A stretch of DNA of 64,000 nt from Candidatus Bathyarchaeota archaeon. Its GTDB lineage: Archaea > Thermoproteota > Bathyarchaeia > Bathyarchaeales > Bathycorpusculaceae. Shown here piece by piece: positions 10,123-19,144 of the stretch. Position 1 is the stretch's first letter. Each line of letters begins with the position of its first letter. The position numbers and the translations under genes were made by a program. The stretch covers positions 352,001-416,000 of the forward strand of contig CAWEPZ010000009.1 in the NCBI GenBank assembly GCA_963811105.1, read 5' to 3'. The notes under the pieces were generated by a model. It had not been told where the DNA came from. It saw only the letters and a list, made by a program, of their open reading frames with translations, and did no database searches.

Positions 10123-11895
10123 ATGGATTACTTGGTCATAGCAGACGAATACGAAAAAATCGAGGCCACCACTAAACGTTTAGAAATGACCGATTTGTTG
10201 GTCGGCTTACTAAAAAATACGCCGACAGAGGTCATTTCGAAGGTTGTTTATTTAACTCAGGGAAAGCTCTACCCAGACTTCATGGGCATCGAAATGGGTA
10301 TCGCTGAAAAACTTGCAATAAAAGCGCTTGCCCGAGCGTCAGGCCAAAGCGAAAGTGTAATTCAAACTGAACTACAAAAAAGCGGAGACATTGGGCAAAC
10401 GTCAGAAAAACTTTTAGCTAAACGTAAACAATCGACTTTTTTCAGCCGAAAACTAACGGTGGAACATGTTTATGAGACACTGGATAAAATGGCCAAAACC
10501 TCAGGCTCAGGCGCAGTCGACACCAAAATGGCGCTTCTTTGCAGCCTTTTAACCGACGCTTCGCCCAGAGAGGCAAAATGGATAATTCGTACCGTCACAA
10601 GCAATTTGCGCCTAGGCGTTGCAGATATGACGGTGCTTGAAGCGTTGGCTATCGCGTACGGCGGCGGAAAACAATCACGCGAACTCATTGAACGGGCATA
10701 CAACATCTCCTCCGATTTAGGCAGAGTTGCAAACGTAGTTGTCGAGAAAGGCATAGACGGCATCAAGAATTTCAAAGTCATGGTTTTTGAACCTATTAGA
10801 CCCATGCTTGCAGAACGGTTAGCTTCACCCGAGGAGATTTTGGAAAAACTTGGCGGAAAATGCATAGCCGAATACAAATATGATGGAGAAAGAGTACAAG
10901 CGCATAAAAAAGACAACAAAGTCATCTTATTCTCTCGTCGCTTAGAAAACATTTCCAGCCAATACCCTGACGCGGTGGAATTAATTAAAGAAAAAATTGA
11001 TGCAAAAGAAGCCATTCTGGAAGCAGAATGCGTCGCAATGGACTTGGAAACAGGAGATATGCGTCCATTTCAGGAATTGATGCACCGAAGACGCAAATAC
11101 GGAGTTGAAGCAGCCATAGAGCAGTATCCCATTTCGCTCTTCCCATTTGACCTCCTCTATGCAGATGGCAAAGACTTTACCCTTGAGCCTCAACCTCGTA
11201 GACGAAAGGAACTACAACAAATCGTAAAACAAACTGACCGAGTTACACCAGCTATTCAAAAGCTTGTCAATAACTCAAAGGAACTTGAAAACTTCTTTGA
11301 GGAAGCTATCGAGAAAGGCTGTGAAGGCTTAATGTGCAAATCAGTCGCCAAAGACTCATGTTACCAAGCCGGGAGCCGCGGTTGGCTTTGGATAAAATAT
11401 AAGCGCGACTATAAGAGCGAAATGACTGACACTGTGGATCTTGTGGTCGTTGGAGCTTTTCACGGCAGAGGCAAGCGCGTTGGAACCTACGGTGCCCTGC
11501 TTTTAGCAACATACAATAAAGAAAAAGACACATTTGAAACCGTAACAAAATGCGGCACTGGCTTCACAGACAAAGACCTAATACAGCTCAGAGATACGCT
11601 TGCCAAACATGTCATTCCTCGCAAAAACAGCCGCGTTCAATCAATGCTTGAAGCAGATGTGTGGTTTGAACCCAGCGTGGTACTTGAGATTTTAGGAGCA
11701 GAAATCACCCTAAGCCCCATCCACATGTGCGCCATGGATTCAATACGCAAAGGCAGTGGCTTAGCAATCCGTTTTCCGCGTTTCACGGGCAAATACCGAA
11801 CCGACAAAGCTCCGGAGGATGCAACTTCCTCAAATGAGATTCTTGAAATGTACCGAGGCCAACTAAAAAAAATAAGTGACACCACAGGAACATAG
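10123..11895 (+). CDS. lig: ATP-dependent DNA ligase
   Basis: EYKYDGERVQ adenylation motif, EGLMCK, WIKYKRDY, and RFPRF...R.DK. Confidence 0.97.
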   Translation: MDYLVIADEYEKIEATTKRLEMTDLLVGLLKNTPTEVISKVVYLTQGKLYPDFMGIEMGIAEKLAIKALARASGQSESVIQTELQKSGDIGQTSEKLLAKRKQSTFFSRKLTVEHVYETLDKMAKTSGSGAVDTKMALLCSLLTDASPREAKWIIRTVTSNLRLGVADMTVLEALAIAYGGGKQSRELIERAYNISSDLGRVANVVVEKGIDGIKNFKVMVFEPIRPMLAERLASPEEILEKLGGKCIAEYKYDGERVQAHKKDNKVILFSRRLENISSQYPDAVELIKEKIDAKEAILEAECVAMDLETGDMRPFQELMHRRRKYGVEAAIEQYPISLFPFDLLYADGKDFTLEPQPRRRKELQQIVKQTDRVTPAIQKLVNNSKELENFFEEAIEKGCEGLMCKSVAKDSCYQAGSRGWLWIKYKRDYKSEMTDTVDLVVVGAFHGRGKRVGTYGALLLATYNKEKDTFETVTKCGTGFTDKDLIQLRDTLAKHVIPRKNSRVQSMLEADVWFEPSVVLEILGAEITLSPIHMCAMDSIRKGSGLAIRFPRFTGKYRTDKAPEDATSSNEILEMYRGQLKKISDTTGT

Positions 11896-11942
11896 GAAAA
11901 GCTAAAACTGATAAGCAGCAAATCGCTAAATACACAATAGAC

Positions 11943-12560
11943 GTGACTGCTTTGGCTCAAGACACAGAAAAAATGAAATCACTTATAGCATTCAAAAAGC
12001 GCCTAGAGGAACAACTAGAAAAACTAACTGCAGAAACTAAAGAGGTCCAAGCAGCTTTAGAAACGGTTAATGGTATTTTACTTGAAAAAGGCTTCAGACG
12101 CGGAGACATAAAAGAAGTTTCTGAAGCGCCTGTGCCTAAAGAGGTTGTTTTGCCAAAACAAGAGCCGCAAGCACCAAAACCAGTCATTTTGCATGCGGCT
12201 GAGGAGGAAAGCGTTATTCCGTTGAAAACAATGTCTGAAGAGCCACTGGCTTTGATTTGTTTTGATAAGCAAGGAATGCATGTGTTGCCCGATGAAAGCA
12301 AGAATTTTAGTGTCAACACACCGCCCTTCAGCAATTTTCTTGTAGAAAAAGTCTTCGCTAAAATGCAGGAAAAAGACACTGAACTGGTAAGAACAAAACA
12401 GCTAGCAGCAGACAAAATGTTCTCTTACAACATTGTCCGTGAAGGCGAACATATACGAGAAATAGTAATCCGCAACGTCGATGAGGAACGCCTCAAAGAA
12501 CTCAAATCGAGTATCCGTTGGACTTTCGAAAAAATGTACGAAAAAATGAAAAGTTCCTAA
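11943..12560 (+). CDS. Conserved hypothetical protein (N-terminal coiled coil)
   Basis: 205-aa ORF directly downstream of lig with natural composition. Confidence 0.75.
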   Translation: MTALAQDTEKMKSLIAFKKRLEEQLEKLTAETKEVQAALETVNGILLEKGFRRGDIKEVSEAPVPKEVVLPKQEPQAPKPVILHAAEEESVIPLKTMSEEPLALICFDKQGMHVLPDESKNFSVNTPPFSNFLVEKVFAKMQEKDTELVRTKQLAADKMFSYNIVREGEHIREIVIRNVDEERLKELKSSIRWTFEKMYEKMKSS

Positions 12561-12561
12561 G

Positions 12562-12888
12562 CTAAACTGAATGTTTGCTTATAGTGTCAGCTATTCTGTT
12601 TTTTGGGCACAAACCCACAAGCCTATCAGCTTCCACACCATTTTTAAAAACTATCATTGTAGGTATGCTGAAAACTTGGAAGCGCGATGCTGTCGCTGAA
12701 TTCTCATCAACATCCAACTTGCCAATTAGGACTTTACCACTATTCTCTTTGGCTAATTCCTCAATTGTTGGAGCCAAAGCTCTGCAGGGACCACACCAAC
12801 TAGCCCAAAAATCAACAAATACCAACTTGTTCTTCTTAATTGTCTCATCAAAATTAGCGTCTGTTAAATGAAACGGTTGAATACTCAT
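12562..12888 (-). CDS. trxA: Thioredoxin
   Basis: DFWASWCGPC active site and SIPT cis-Pro motif. Confidence 0.95.
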   Translation of the reverse strand: MSIQPFHLTDANFDETIKKNKLVFVDFWASWCGPCRALAPTIEELAKENSGKVLIGKLDVDENSATASRFQVFSIPTMIVFKNGVEADRLVGLCPKNRIADTISKHSV

Positions 12889-13014
12889 TTTTTTAACTCC
12901 TTCTAAACACTTAGTAATTTAATTTACGTTGATATAAACCGTTCGTGAACGTTAAAAGCACCAGCCAAATTATCAGAATTTGGGGCATTGAATTAGTCAA
13001 GGAAGCAACATATG

Positions 13015-14223
13015 CTAGAAACTTACAAAGTTAAACTTGATTATCGAAACTACGCCCCACAAATTAACTAGCAAACTAAGTATTATCAGAGCTTTTTCTG
13101 GCCAACCTATGTTTTCTCTCATGCCTTTGGCCGTCAGCAAAATGAGGAATGGCGTAAAATCAAGGCTGAAGCGATAACCAAACTGGGTAAACCCTACTGT
13201 GCCATGAGTAATTATTGGAGGGAGAATGCAAAGTACTGCTAGGGCTGAATATTTGCTTAGTTTATTCCAAGGACCTTTGAAAATGAAGATGAACGCTGGG
13301 GTGGTTAAGAAAAGGCCTAGTCCCATCCAGTTAGGCTCGATGTACGGGAAATGATTGAGGAAGATTGGGCCTTGCAGGAAAATTGCATATAGGTGTCGTG
13401 GGACGTAGGCGATGTTGAAGATCCCCTGCTGGAAAAATGGGTCCTGCTGTATTCCAGGTATCAGACCATAACCTAAATCCAGAATTGTTCCCCATCTGGC
13501 AACATTGTACATTAAATATAGAGAAACTGGTATCGCTAAGCCTATGAAAAAAATGGCTGCTTGCTTAAGTCTTGGTTTCCAAGCGTTATTTCGCTCGTAT
13601 ATCAGAAAAAGAAAAAATGGAAAAGCTAAAGCGGTAGGCAGCCGAGCCAACGTAGAAAAACCAAGCAATAAACCGACTAAAACATAACTTTTCTTATACA
13701 AAGCTACCAAAATGGCGGATGTTAGGAAAAGAACCGCAACGACTTCAGCTATATACCATGATGTACCAACTGACGCAATAAACCAGAAACAAGTGCCGAA
13801 GCCTAAAAGAAAGGACAGCCACAATGCTTTGTTTCCGTTTGAACCTGTTTTCTTAAGCATCAGCCAAGTTAGAGAAATGCATAAGCTGGCAAGCATTATT
13901 GACATGAGGCTTTCGTCGAAACCTGTTCCAAAAGCTGCGACAAACGGCATGAGAAGGATGGCGGGCATAGGCGGATAGACCACATAAAAGTTGCCGTTGC
14001 GAGGAACCACTTCCTGCAGCGAGATTCCGCCGCCTGAAAGGCCTAGCCTCCCATGGAGAAAAGCGTCAGCTAAATACACGAAATGGTTCTGGCCTGGAGG
14101 TGGCCCTTTGGTGAGCACAAAAATGAAGAATGATATTAGCGCAATTAGAATGAACTTCTGAATAGTGCCCAAAGACGCTATTCTGTCAAATGCACGCTGC
14201 ATAAGTGGCCTAACCTTGTTCAT
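13015..14223 (-). CDS. Polytopic membrane protein, probable GT-C fold glycosyltransferase
   Basis: About 10 TM helices; YLADAFLHG, YVVYPPMPA, and FGYRFSLDF motifs. Confidence 0.7.
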   Translation of the reverse strand: MNKVRPLMQRAFDRIASLGTIQKFILIALISFFIFVLTKGPPPGQNHFVYLADAFLHGRLGLSGGGISLQEVVPRNGNFYVVYPPMPAILLMPFVAAFGTGFDESLMSIMLASLCISLTWLMLKKTGSNGNKALWLSFLLGFGTCFWFIASVGTSWYIAEVVAVLFLTSAILVALYKKSYVLVGLLLGFSTLARLPTALAFPFFLFLIYERNNAWKPRLKQAAIFFIGLAIPVSLYLMYNVARWGTILDLGYGLIPGIQQDPFFQQGIFNIAYVPRHLYAIFLQGPIFLNHFPYIEPNWMGLGLFLTTPAFIFIFKGPWNKLSKYSALAVLCILPPIITHGTVGFTQFGYRFSLDFTPFLILLTAKGMRENIGWPEKALIILSLLVNLWGVVSIIKFNFVSF

Positions 14224-14317
14224 TGGGTGTAACCTAGCAACTGTTTAATTTGGAACACAAGAAATTTAAGTCTTATCAGCCTCGATGGAATTACACAATG
14301 CTTTTACTTAGGAGAAA

Positions 14318-14749
14318 TCATTTGCAGGGCTTCATTTTAGCCAACAAAGCTTTGAATGCACCGTAAGAATCTTTTGGGTCAGATATATCCGCGGCAGCCT
14401 TTTCAAACGGACACACACCAGCCTTGTTTAAATCAAGCACGTTATCTACCATCTGCTGCCACTCGGAGGCGATGTGATATTCCTCGAAAAGCGCTTGAGC
14501 TTTCTTGCTTAAAACCTCAGCATAAACCTCATTCACCCCAGCGTAAACACAGAGCAGCGCTAAAGCTTTTCCAGCGACACGATCCGCTACTGAAGCCCCC
14601 CTTAGTTGGGCGCCCAAAGTGTCTATTGCATGGATAAAACCAGAGATTCGATGGGAATCCGTTTGGAACAGCACTTGACCGTCTTTTGCTATGGCAAGCG
14701 TTAGCTTCTTATCATAGAGGTGGTTTTTGGCTATTTCTAGGTCTTGCAT
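14318..14749 (-). CDS. DUF1893 (TM1506-like) protein
   Basis: GASVADRVAGKALA, YAEVLSKKA and CPFEK motifs. Confidence 0.8.
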   Translation of the reverse strand: MQDLEIAKNHLYDKKLTLAIAKDGQVLFQTDSHRISGFIHAIDTLGAQLRGASVADRVAGKALALLCVYAGVNEVYAEVLSKKAQALFEEYHIASEWQQMVDNVLDLNKAGVCPFEKAAADISDPKDSYGAFKALLAKMKPCK

Positions 14750-14799
14750 GATTCTTCACTGAATTCAACGTTGGGCATCTAAAAACAATATTGGTTTCA

Positions 14800-15237
14800 T
14801 CACTCAAGCTCAATATTGAATAAGTCTTTTCCAGATAATTCGGCGAGTTGCCAAGCGAATGCTTCATCCAGTTTGTCTTGTTTTCGCTTTTGTTCCAGTT
14901 GCTCAATGAACTGTTCAGTAAGCGTTATTTTCACTGCTTTAGAATCTCTTTCTTTTAAAAAGATTGCTTGAATGGTCTGTGAGTTTCTGAATTGGAGTCT
15001 TTGATTTCCGACTGTACAGGTTGTTGACACTTGTATGCCGTCTAACAAACAGGAATATGGCGGATGCACCGGCACATTAATATCTGCTATCAAATGGGTG
15101 AATTCTGCGTCGGGAATATTTAGAGCCTCTTTGGCTGCATTCCCCATTTTTAAGCCTATAACTAAATATGGTCCTACGTGTCCGTGGAGTTTGCGTGCAT
15201 ATTCGATTGCTGCCGTGAGTTCATTTGGTTTTGACAT
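14800..15237 (-). CDS. FmdE family (formylmethanofuran dehydrogenase subunit E-like) metal-binding protein
   Basis: LHGHVGPYLVIGLKMG and SCLLDGIQVSTTCTVGN. Confidence 0.85.
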   Translation of the reverse strand: MSKPNELTAAIEYARKLHGHVGPYLVIGLKMGNAAKEALNIPDAEFTHLIADINVPVHPPYSCLLDGIQVSTTCTVGNQRLQFRNSQTIQAIFLKERDSKAVKITLTEQFIEQLEQKRKQDKLDEAFAWQLAELSGKDLFNIELE

Positions 15238-15332
15238 TTCTCCATCACGTCTGGGTTGTGTTGGCGCTTAATGGAGATTGCGGTGCCTGCTTGAATGGGT
15301 CTAGTTTGTTGTATTGTTTGTATTGCCAGTAG

Positions 15333-16331
15333 CTAGTAAGAAGCCAGCCAAGACGCAATGAAGATTGCTATGATACCGAAACCTATCATTTCAAAATTCA
15401 GTGTATTTAGCCAGTTCCAGAATAGCCCACTAAAGTTTAGTTCGCTTGAGAGCACTTGCAAGAGTTCGATTGTGCCGATTGCCCACGCTACAAGGACGGA
15501 AATTACAGTGACTGTCAAGTTATAGTATATCTTGCGTACGGGGTTTAGGAAGGCCCAGCCGTAAGCTACTCTCATGGCAACGCCATCTGCGGTGTCTACG
15601 GTAACCATACCGCAGGTGAACAGCAGAGGCAAAATCAGCACATAGTACAACGGAATGTTCGTGGAAACTCCGATTCCAACGCTTATGGCAATAAGGGCAA
15701 TTTCGCTTGCAGTATCGAAGCCTAATCCGAAGAGTAAGCCAACAGGGTAGATGTGCCAAGGTTTGCTTATAGCTTTGAAGAGTGGACGGAAGAAGCGGTT
15801 CATGAACCCTCTGTTTTCAAGCAAATTATCAAGCTCAGCCTGATTTAGTTTGCCTTGTTTTAGGGTTTGGAAGATCTTGTAAATGCCAATGACGATGACG
15901 GCATTGATGAATCCGATGATCCAAAGAAAACTTCCTGAGACGAGTGTTCCAATTATTGCGCCTGCGCTTTGTAGGGCAGGTATGTCAGCGGCAACCGTGC
16001 GACTTGCAACTATCAAACCTATGATGAGGGCAACAACTACCGTTGAGTGCCCAAGGGAAAACCACATACCAACAGTAATTGGGCGTTTTCCTTCTTGCAT
16101 AAGTTTTCTTGTAGTGTTATCAATAGCTGCAATATGGTCGGCGTCAACGCCATGGCGTAAACCAAAAACGTATGCTACTATTCCTAGGCCTGCCAGAACT
16201 ACAGCAATTTTTCCAATTATGAATGCTGCAGAGAAGCCAACTGCTGTAATTGCGAGTAGAGTTGTAAAGATTATAGCTATTTTGACTTTTTCATTTCGAC
16301 TAAGGGCGTGAGTAGCGTTTTTTTCTGCCAT
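15333..16331 (-). CDS. HoxN/HupN/NixA (NiCoT) nickel/cobalt permease
   Basis: GLRHGVDADHIAAIDN, FSLGHSTVV and GLGFDTASE motifs. ATG at 16331 lies just after the operator. The true C-terminus probably runs to 15245 (SYWQYKQYNKL...) after a +1 slip near 15338. Confidence 0.92.
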   Translation of the reverse strand: MAEKNATHALSRNEKVKIAIIFTTLLAITAVGFSAAFIIGKIAVVLAGLGIVAYVFGLRHGVDADHIAAIDNTTRKLMQEGKRPITVGMWFSLGHSTVVVALIIGLIVASRTVAADIPALQSAGAIIGTLVSGSFLWIIGFINAVIVIGIYKIFQTLKQGKLNQAELDNLLENRGFMNRFFRPLFKAISKPWHIYPVGLLFGLGFDTASEIALIAISVGIGVSTNIPLYYVLILPLLFTCGMVTVDTADGVAMRVAYGWAFLNPVRKIYYNLTVTVISVLVAWAIGTIELLQVLSSELNFSGLFWNWLNTLNFEMIGFGIIAIFIASWLASY

Positions 16332-16333
16332 GC

Positions 16334-16363
16334 AGTAACACTTTCCTTGCAATTCGTGTTACT
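16334..16363. promoter_or_regulatory. NikR operator AGTAACAC-N14-GTGTTACT (GTAACA-N16-TGTTAC)
   Basis: Perfect inverted repeat with the 6-16-6 geometry of NikR operators. It lies between a minus-strand TATA (16368-16375) and the NiCoT ATG, divergent from nikR. Confidence 0.8.
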
Positions 16364-16415
16364 AATCATATAAAAGCTTTTAGGCACAATAAACAACTTT
16401 CATGCCGTGACATAA

Positions 16416-16823
16416 ATGTCTAAAGTCGCACGAATAGGAGTAACAATTCCGCCTGAACTACTCAAAGACTTTGATGAAATAATATACAAAATGGGTTATG
16501 AAAGCCGCAGCAAAGCTGTGCAAGACGCTATTACTCTGTATGTTTCAGAGCGGAAATGGCTAAAAGAACAAGACGCCGTTCAAACAGGCATCATACTTAT
16601 GGTTTTCGACCATGACGTGAAAGGACTTGAAACTGAACTAACCGAAACACAGCACGAACACTCTTCATTAATTACTTCAACTATGCATATTCATATTAGC
16701 GAACGAGATTGCTTAGAAGCCATAGCGGTTAAAGGCAAAGCTTCAGAAATCCATCACTTAAGCGACGAGCTAACTACAAGAAGAGGAGTAAAAATCCTCA
16801 AAACAACAATTGTAACTGTTTAA
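16416..16823 (+). CDS. nikR: Nickel-responsive regulator NikR
   Basis: RHH domain (RIGVTIPPELLKDFD...GYESRSKAVQDAI) and Ni ligands QH...HIH...CLE. Confidence 0.93.
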   Translation: MSKVARIGVTIPPELLKDFDEIIYKMGYESRSKAVQDAITLYVSERKWLKEQDAVQTGIILMVFDHDVKGLETELTETQHEHSSLITSTMHIHISERDCLEAIAVKGKASEIHHLSDELTTRRGVKILKTTIVTV

Positions 16824-17725
16824 ACCTGAAACATTCGCTCCAAAGAACCGCGTGCCTTCTTTGCAACGGCTTCAGGAACCTTAACTACATGCTTCTCTTC
16901 TTTGAGTGCAGTATATAGCCTATCAAGCGTTGTGAGCTTCATGTTTGGGCATATAGCGCCTTCATAAGCTAAATAAAAATTTTTGTCCGAGTTCTCTTTC
17001 TGGAGACGATGAAGAATACCCTCCTCTGTACCGACAATGAAGTCTTTGGCGTTTGATTCTTTTGCGTAACGACACATTTTGGAGGTACTTCCAATAAAGT
17101 TTGCTACCGCGCGCATTTCAGAGCTACATTCAGGATGAACCATGACTGTGGCGCCTGGATACTTCATCTTCAAGACATTAACATCTTCAGGCTGGAAGAG
17201 CAAATGTGTTGGACAAAAGCCGTTATCAGGAATCGGAATCAAAGTTTTCCCTGTTTTTTCGGAAACGTATTCAGCTAGATTGTGGTCGGGGCCGAACAGA
17301 ATTGTTTCGGCGTCTAAGGATTTTATTACTTCTACTGCGTTGGCGCTTGTGCAGCAAATATCACACTGCGCTTTACATGAAGCCAACGTGTTAACATACA
17401 AAACTACAGGAGCCTTTGGATGTTGAGCTTTAGCGCGTTTTATCTCGTCAACAGTAAGCATCTGCGCCATCGGACATCGCGCACCCAAACAGGGCAAAAG
17501 CACTTTTTTGTCTGGGTTAAGTATGGCAGCTGATTCCGCCATGAAATCCACAGCTGAGAAAACAATCATTTCAGCATCTTTTTCCTCAACCGCCTTGCGA
17601 CTCAACTCAATGCTGTCGCCAACATAGTCAGCTATATCTTGAATTTCTGACCTCTGGTAATTATGAGCTAAGATAACAGCTTTCTTTTCTTTTTTGAGCT
17701 TCAGGATTTTCCCAGTTAAATCCAT
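16820..17725 (-). CDS. nadA: Quinolinate synthase
   Basis: LAHNYQ, GDS, FMAE, CPMA, YVNT, CTSANA, CPTH, HPEC and CPNMK motifs. Confidence 0.96.
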   Translation of the reverse strand: MDLTGKILKLKKEKKAVILAHNYQRSEIQDIADYVGDSIELSRKAVEEKDAEMIVFSAVDFMAESAAILNPDKKVLLPCLGARCPMAQMLTVDEIKRAKAQHPKAPVVLYVNTLASCKAQCDICCTSANAVEVIKSLDAETILFGPDHNLAEYVSEKTGKTLIPIPDNGFCPTHLLFQPEDVNVLKMKYPGATVMVHPECSSEMRAVANFIGSTSKMCRYAKESNAKDFIVGTEEGILHRLQKENSDKNFYLAYEGAICPNMKLTTLDRLYTALKEEKHVVKVPEAVAKKARGSLERMFQV

Positions 17726-18103
17726 ATTTACGCCTATTCACCTTGAAATTGAAAAATAAAGAGGACAAGTTAACAGATATATGCTTTTACCTTCAGGAAG
17801 GATACTTTAATCTTAAATATGTCAAGAAAAATGAAAAAGTAACTTGTGACGCAGCTTTTCTCTTAAGGTTATTGAGCGTTTCCTCGCTTGAAAAAAACCG
17901 AAGTTTAATACAAACTTGCTCAGATAATTCCGCATAACTCGAATGCGATACCCAATTTCTGGACAATCATAAGAGGACTATCTACCCCCATTGGTAAATA
18001 CTTGAACAAGTTGTAGTCAAAATTAACTGTTATTTTATTGCCAGAACATCAAATCCAGAAATGCTAAAATTAGTCATCACATCATTCCTAAGGGTGCTTA
18101 GAT

Positions 18104-19144
18104 ATGCCTTATAACGAACTAAGAAAGGATTACCTACTAAACCGCTGGGTCGTAATTGCAACAGAGCGAAGCCGCAGACCCACCGATTTTGCGAAGCCAA
18201 GAAACGAAAGCGTCAAAGCAGCTGTTTGTCCGTTGTGTGTGGGCAATGAAAACATGACGCCACCAGCCTTACTACTATACTTGAAAGAGCCGAATGAAAT
18301 AACAAAAGCTGAAGACCCAGTGGATGGCGAGCGCCCAAAAAACTGGCTTGTACGAGGCATTCCAAACCTTTTCCCAGCATTCAATCCCCCAAAACAGGCT
18401 GAAGACCAAAAAGAAGTCATCAAAAGCGAAACATTGGCTAACGCAATTGGAGCTCATGAGGTTATTGTAGAATCACCCGACCACGATGAGGACCCAGCTG
18501 ACGCACAGCAACCTCAGTTGGAACTAGTTATCCAAGCATATGTGGATAGGCTTAGGGAGTTAAGCGCAAAATCCTATGTGAAGTATGTTTCAATTTTTAG
18601 AAATTATAGACAGGAAGCAGGCGCGTCACTTACTCATGCTCACAGCCAATTAATTGCAATGCCCATTGTTCCATCATTGATTCAAGAAGAATTTGATGCA
18701 AGCAAAACATATTACGAAAAAAATGGCAAATGCGTTTTCTGTGATATAATTGAGCAAGAAGCGAGGGGTCCAAGGCTTGTTTTGGAAAACTCTGAGTTTA
18801 TAGTTTTCACGCCTTATGCAAGTATTAACCCAATGGAGTTCTGGATTGTTCCAAAGAAGCACTCAGCAAACATCTTGAACCTAGACGATGACGAAATAAG
18901 CATTTTCGCTAAAACTCTCAAAGCCAGCCTTAAAGCCCTAAAAGACCTCGTAAATGACCCTCCATACAACTACGGTTTCCACTTAGCCATAAACAAAGAA
19001 GCCCAAGACCACTATCATTGGCACTTAGAGGTTTATCCCAAGCTGTCAATTTGGGCTGGCTTCGAAATAAGCACAGGAACATACATTAACACAGTAACGC
19101 CTGAAAACGCAGCCGAAAGCCTAAGAAAAACAATTCAGCCCTAA
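18104..19144 (+). CDS. galT: Galactose-1-phosphate uridylyltransferase family protein
   Basis: ERSRRP, CPLCVGNE, NLFPA, GAHEVIVE, GASLTHAHSQ (HxHxQ) and HWHLE motifs. Confidence 0.88.
   Translation: MPYNELRKDYLLNRWVVIATERSRRPTDFAKPRNESVKAAVCPLCVGNENMTPPALLLYLKEPNEITKAEDPVDGERPKNWLVRGIPNLFPAFNPPKQAEDQKEVIKSETLANAIGAHEVIVESPDHDEDPADAQQPQLELVIQAYVDRLRELSAKSYVKYVSIFRNYRQEAGASLTHAHSQLIAMPIVPSLIQEEFDASKTYYEKNGKCVFCDIIEQEARGPRLVLENSEFIVFTPYASINPMEFWIVPKKHSANILNLDDDEISIFAKTLKASLKALKDLVNDPPYNYGFHLAINKEAQDHYHWHLEVYPKLSIWAGFEISTGTYINTVTPENAAESLRKTIQP

Noticed and set aside
15333-15335. TAG at the NiCoT end as pyrrolysine read-through
   Set aside because: The read-through sequence is implausible, the +1 frame gives a typical W.YK.Y tail, and no pyl genes are in the window.
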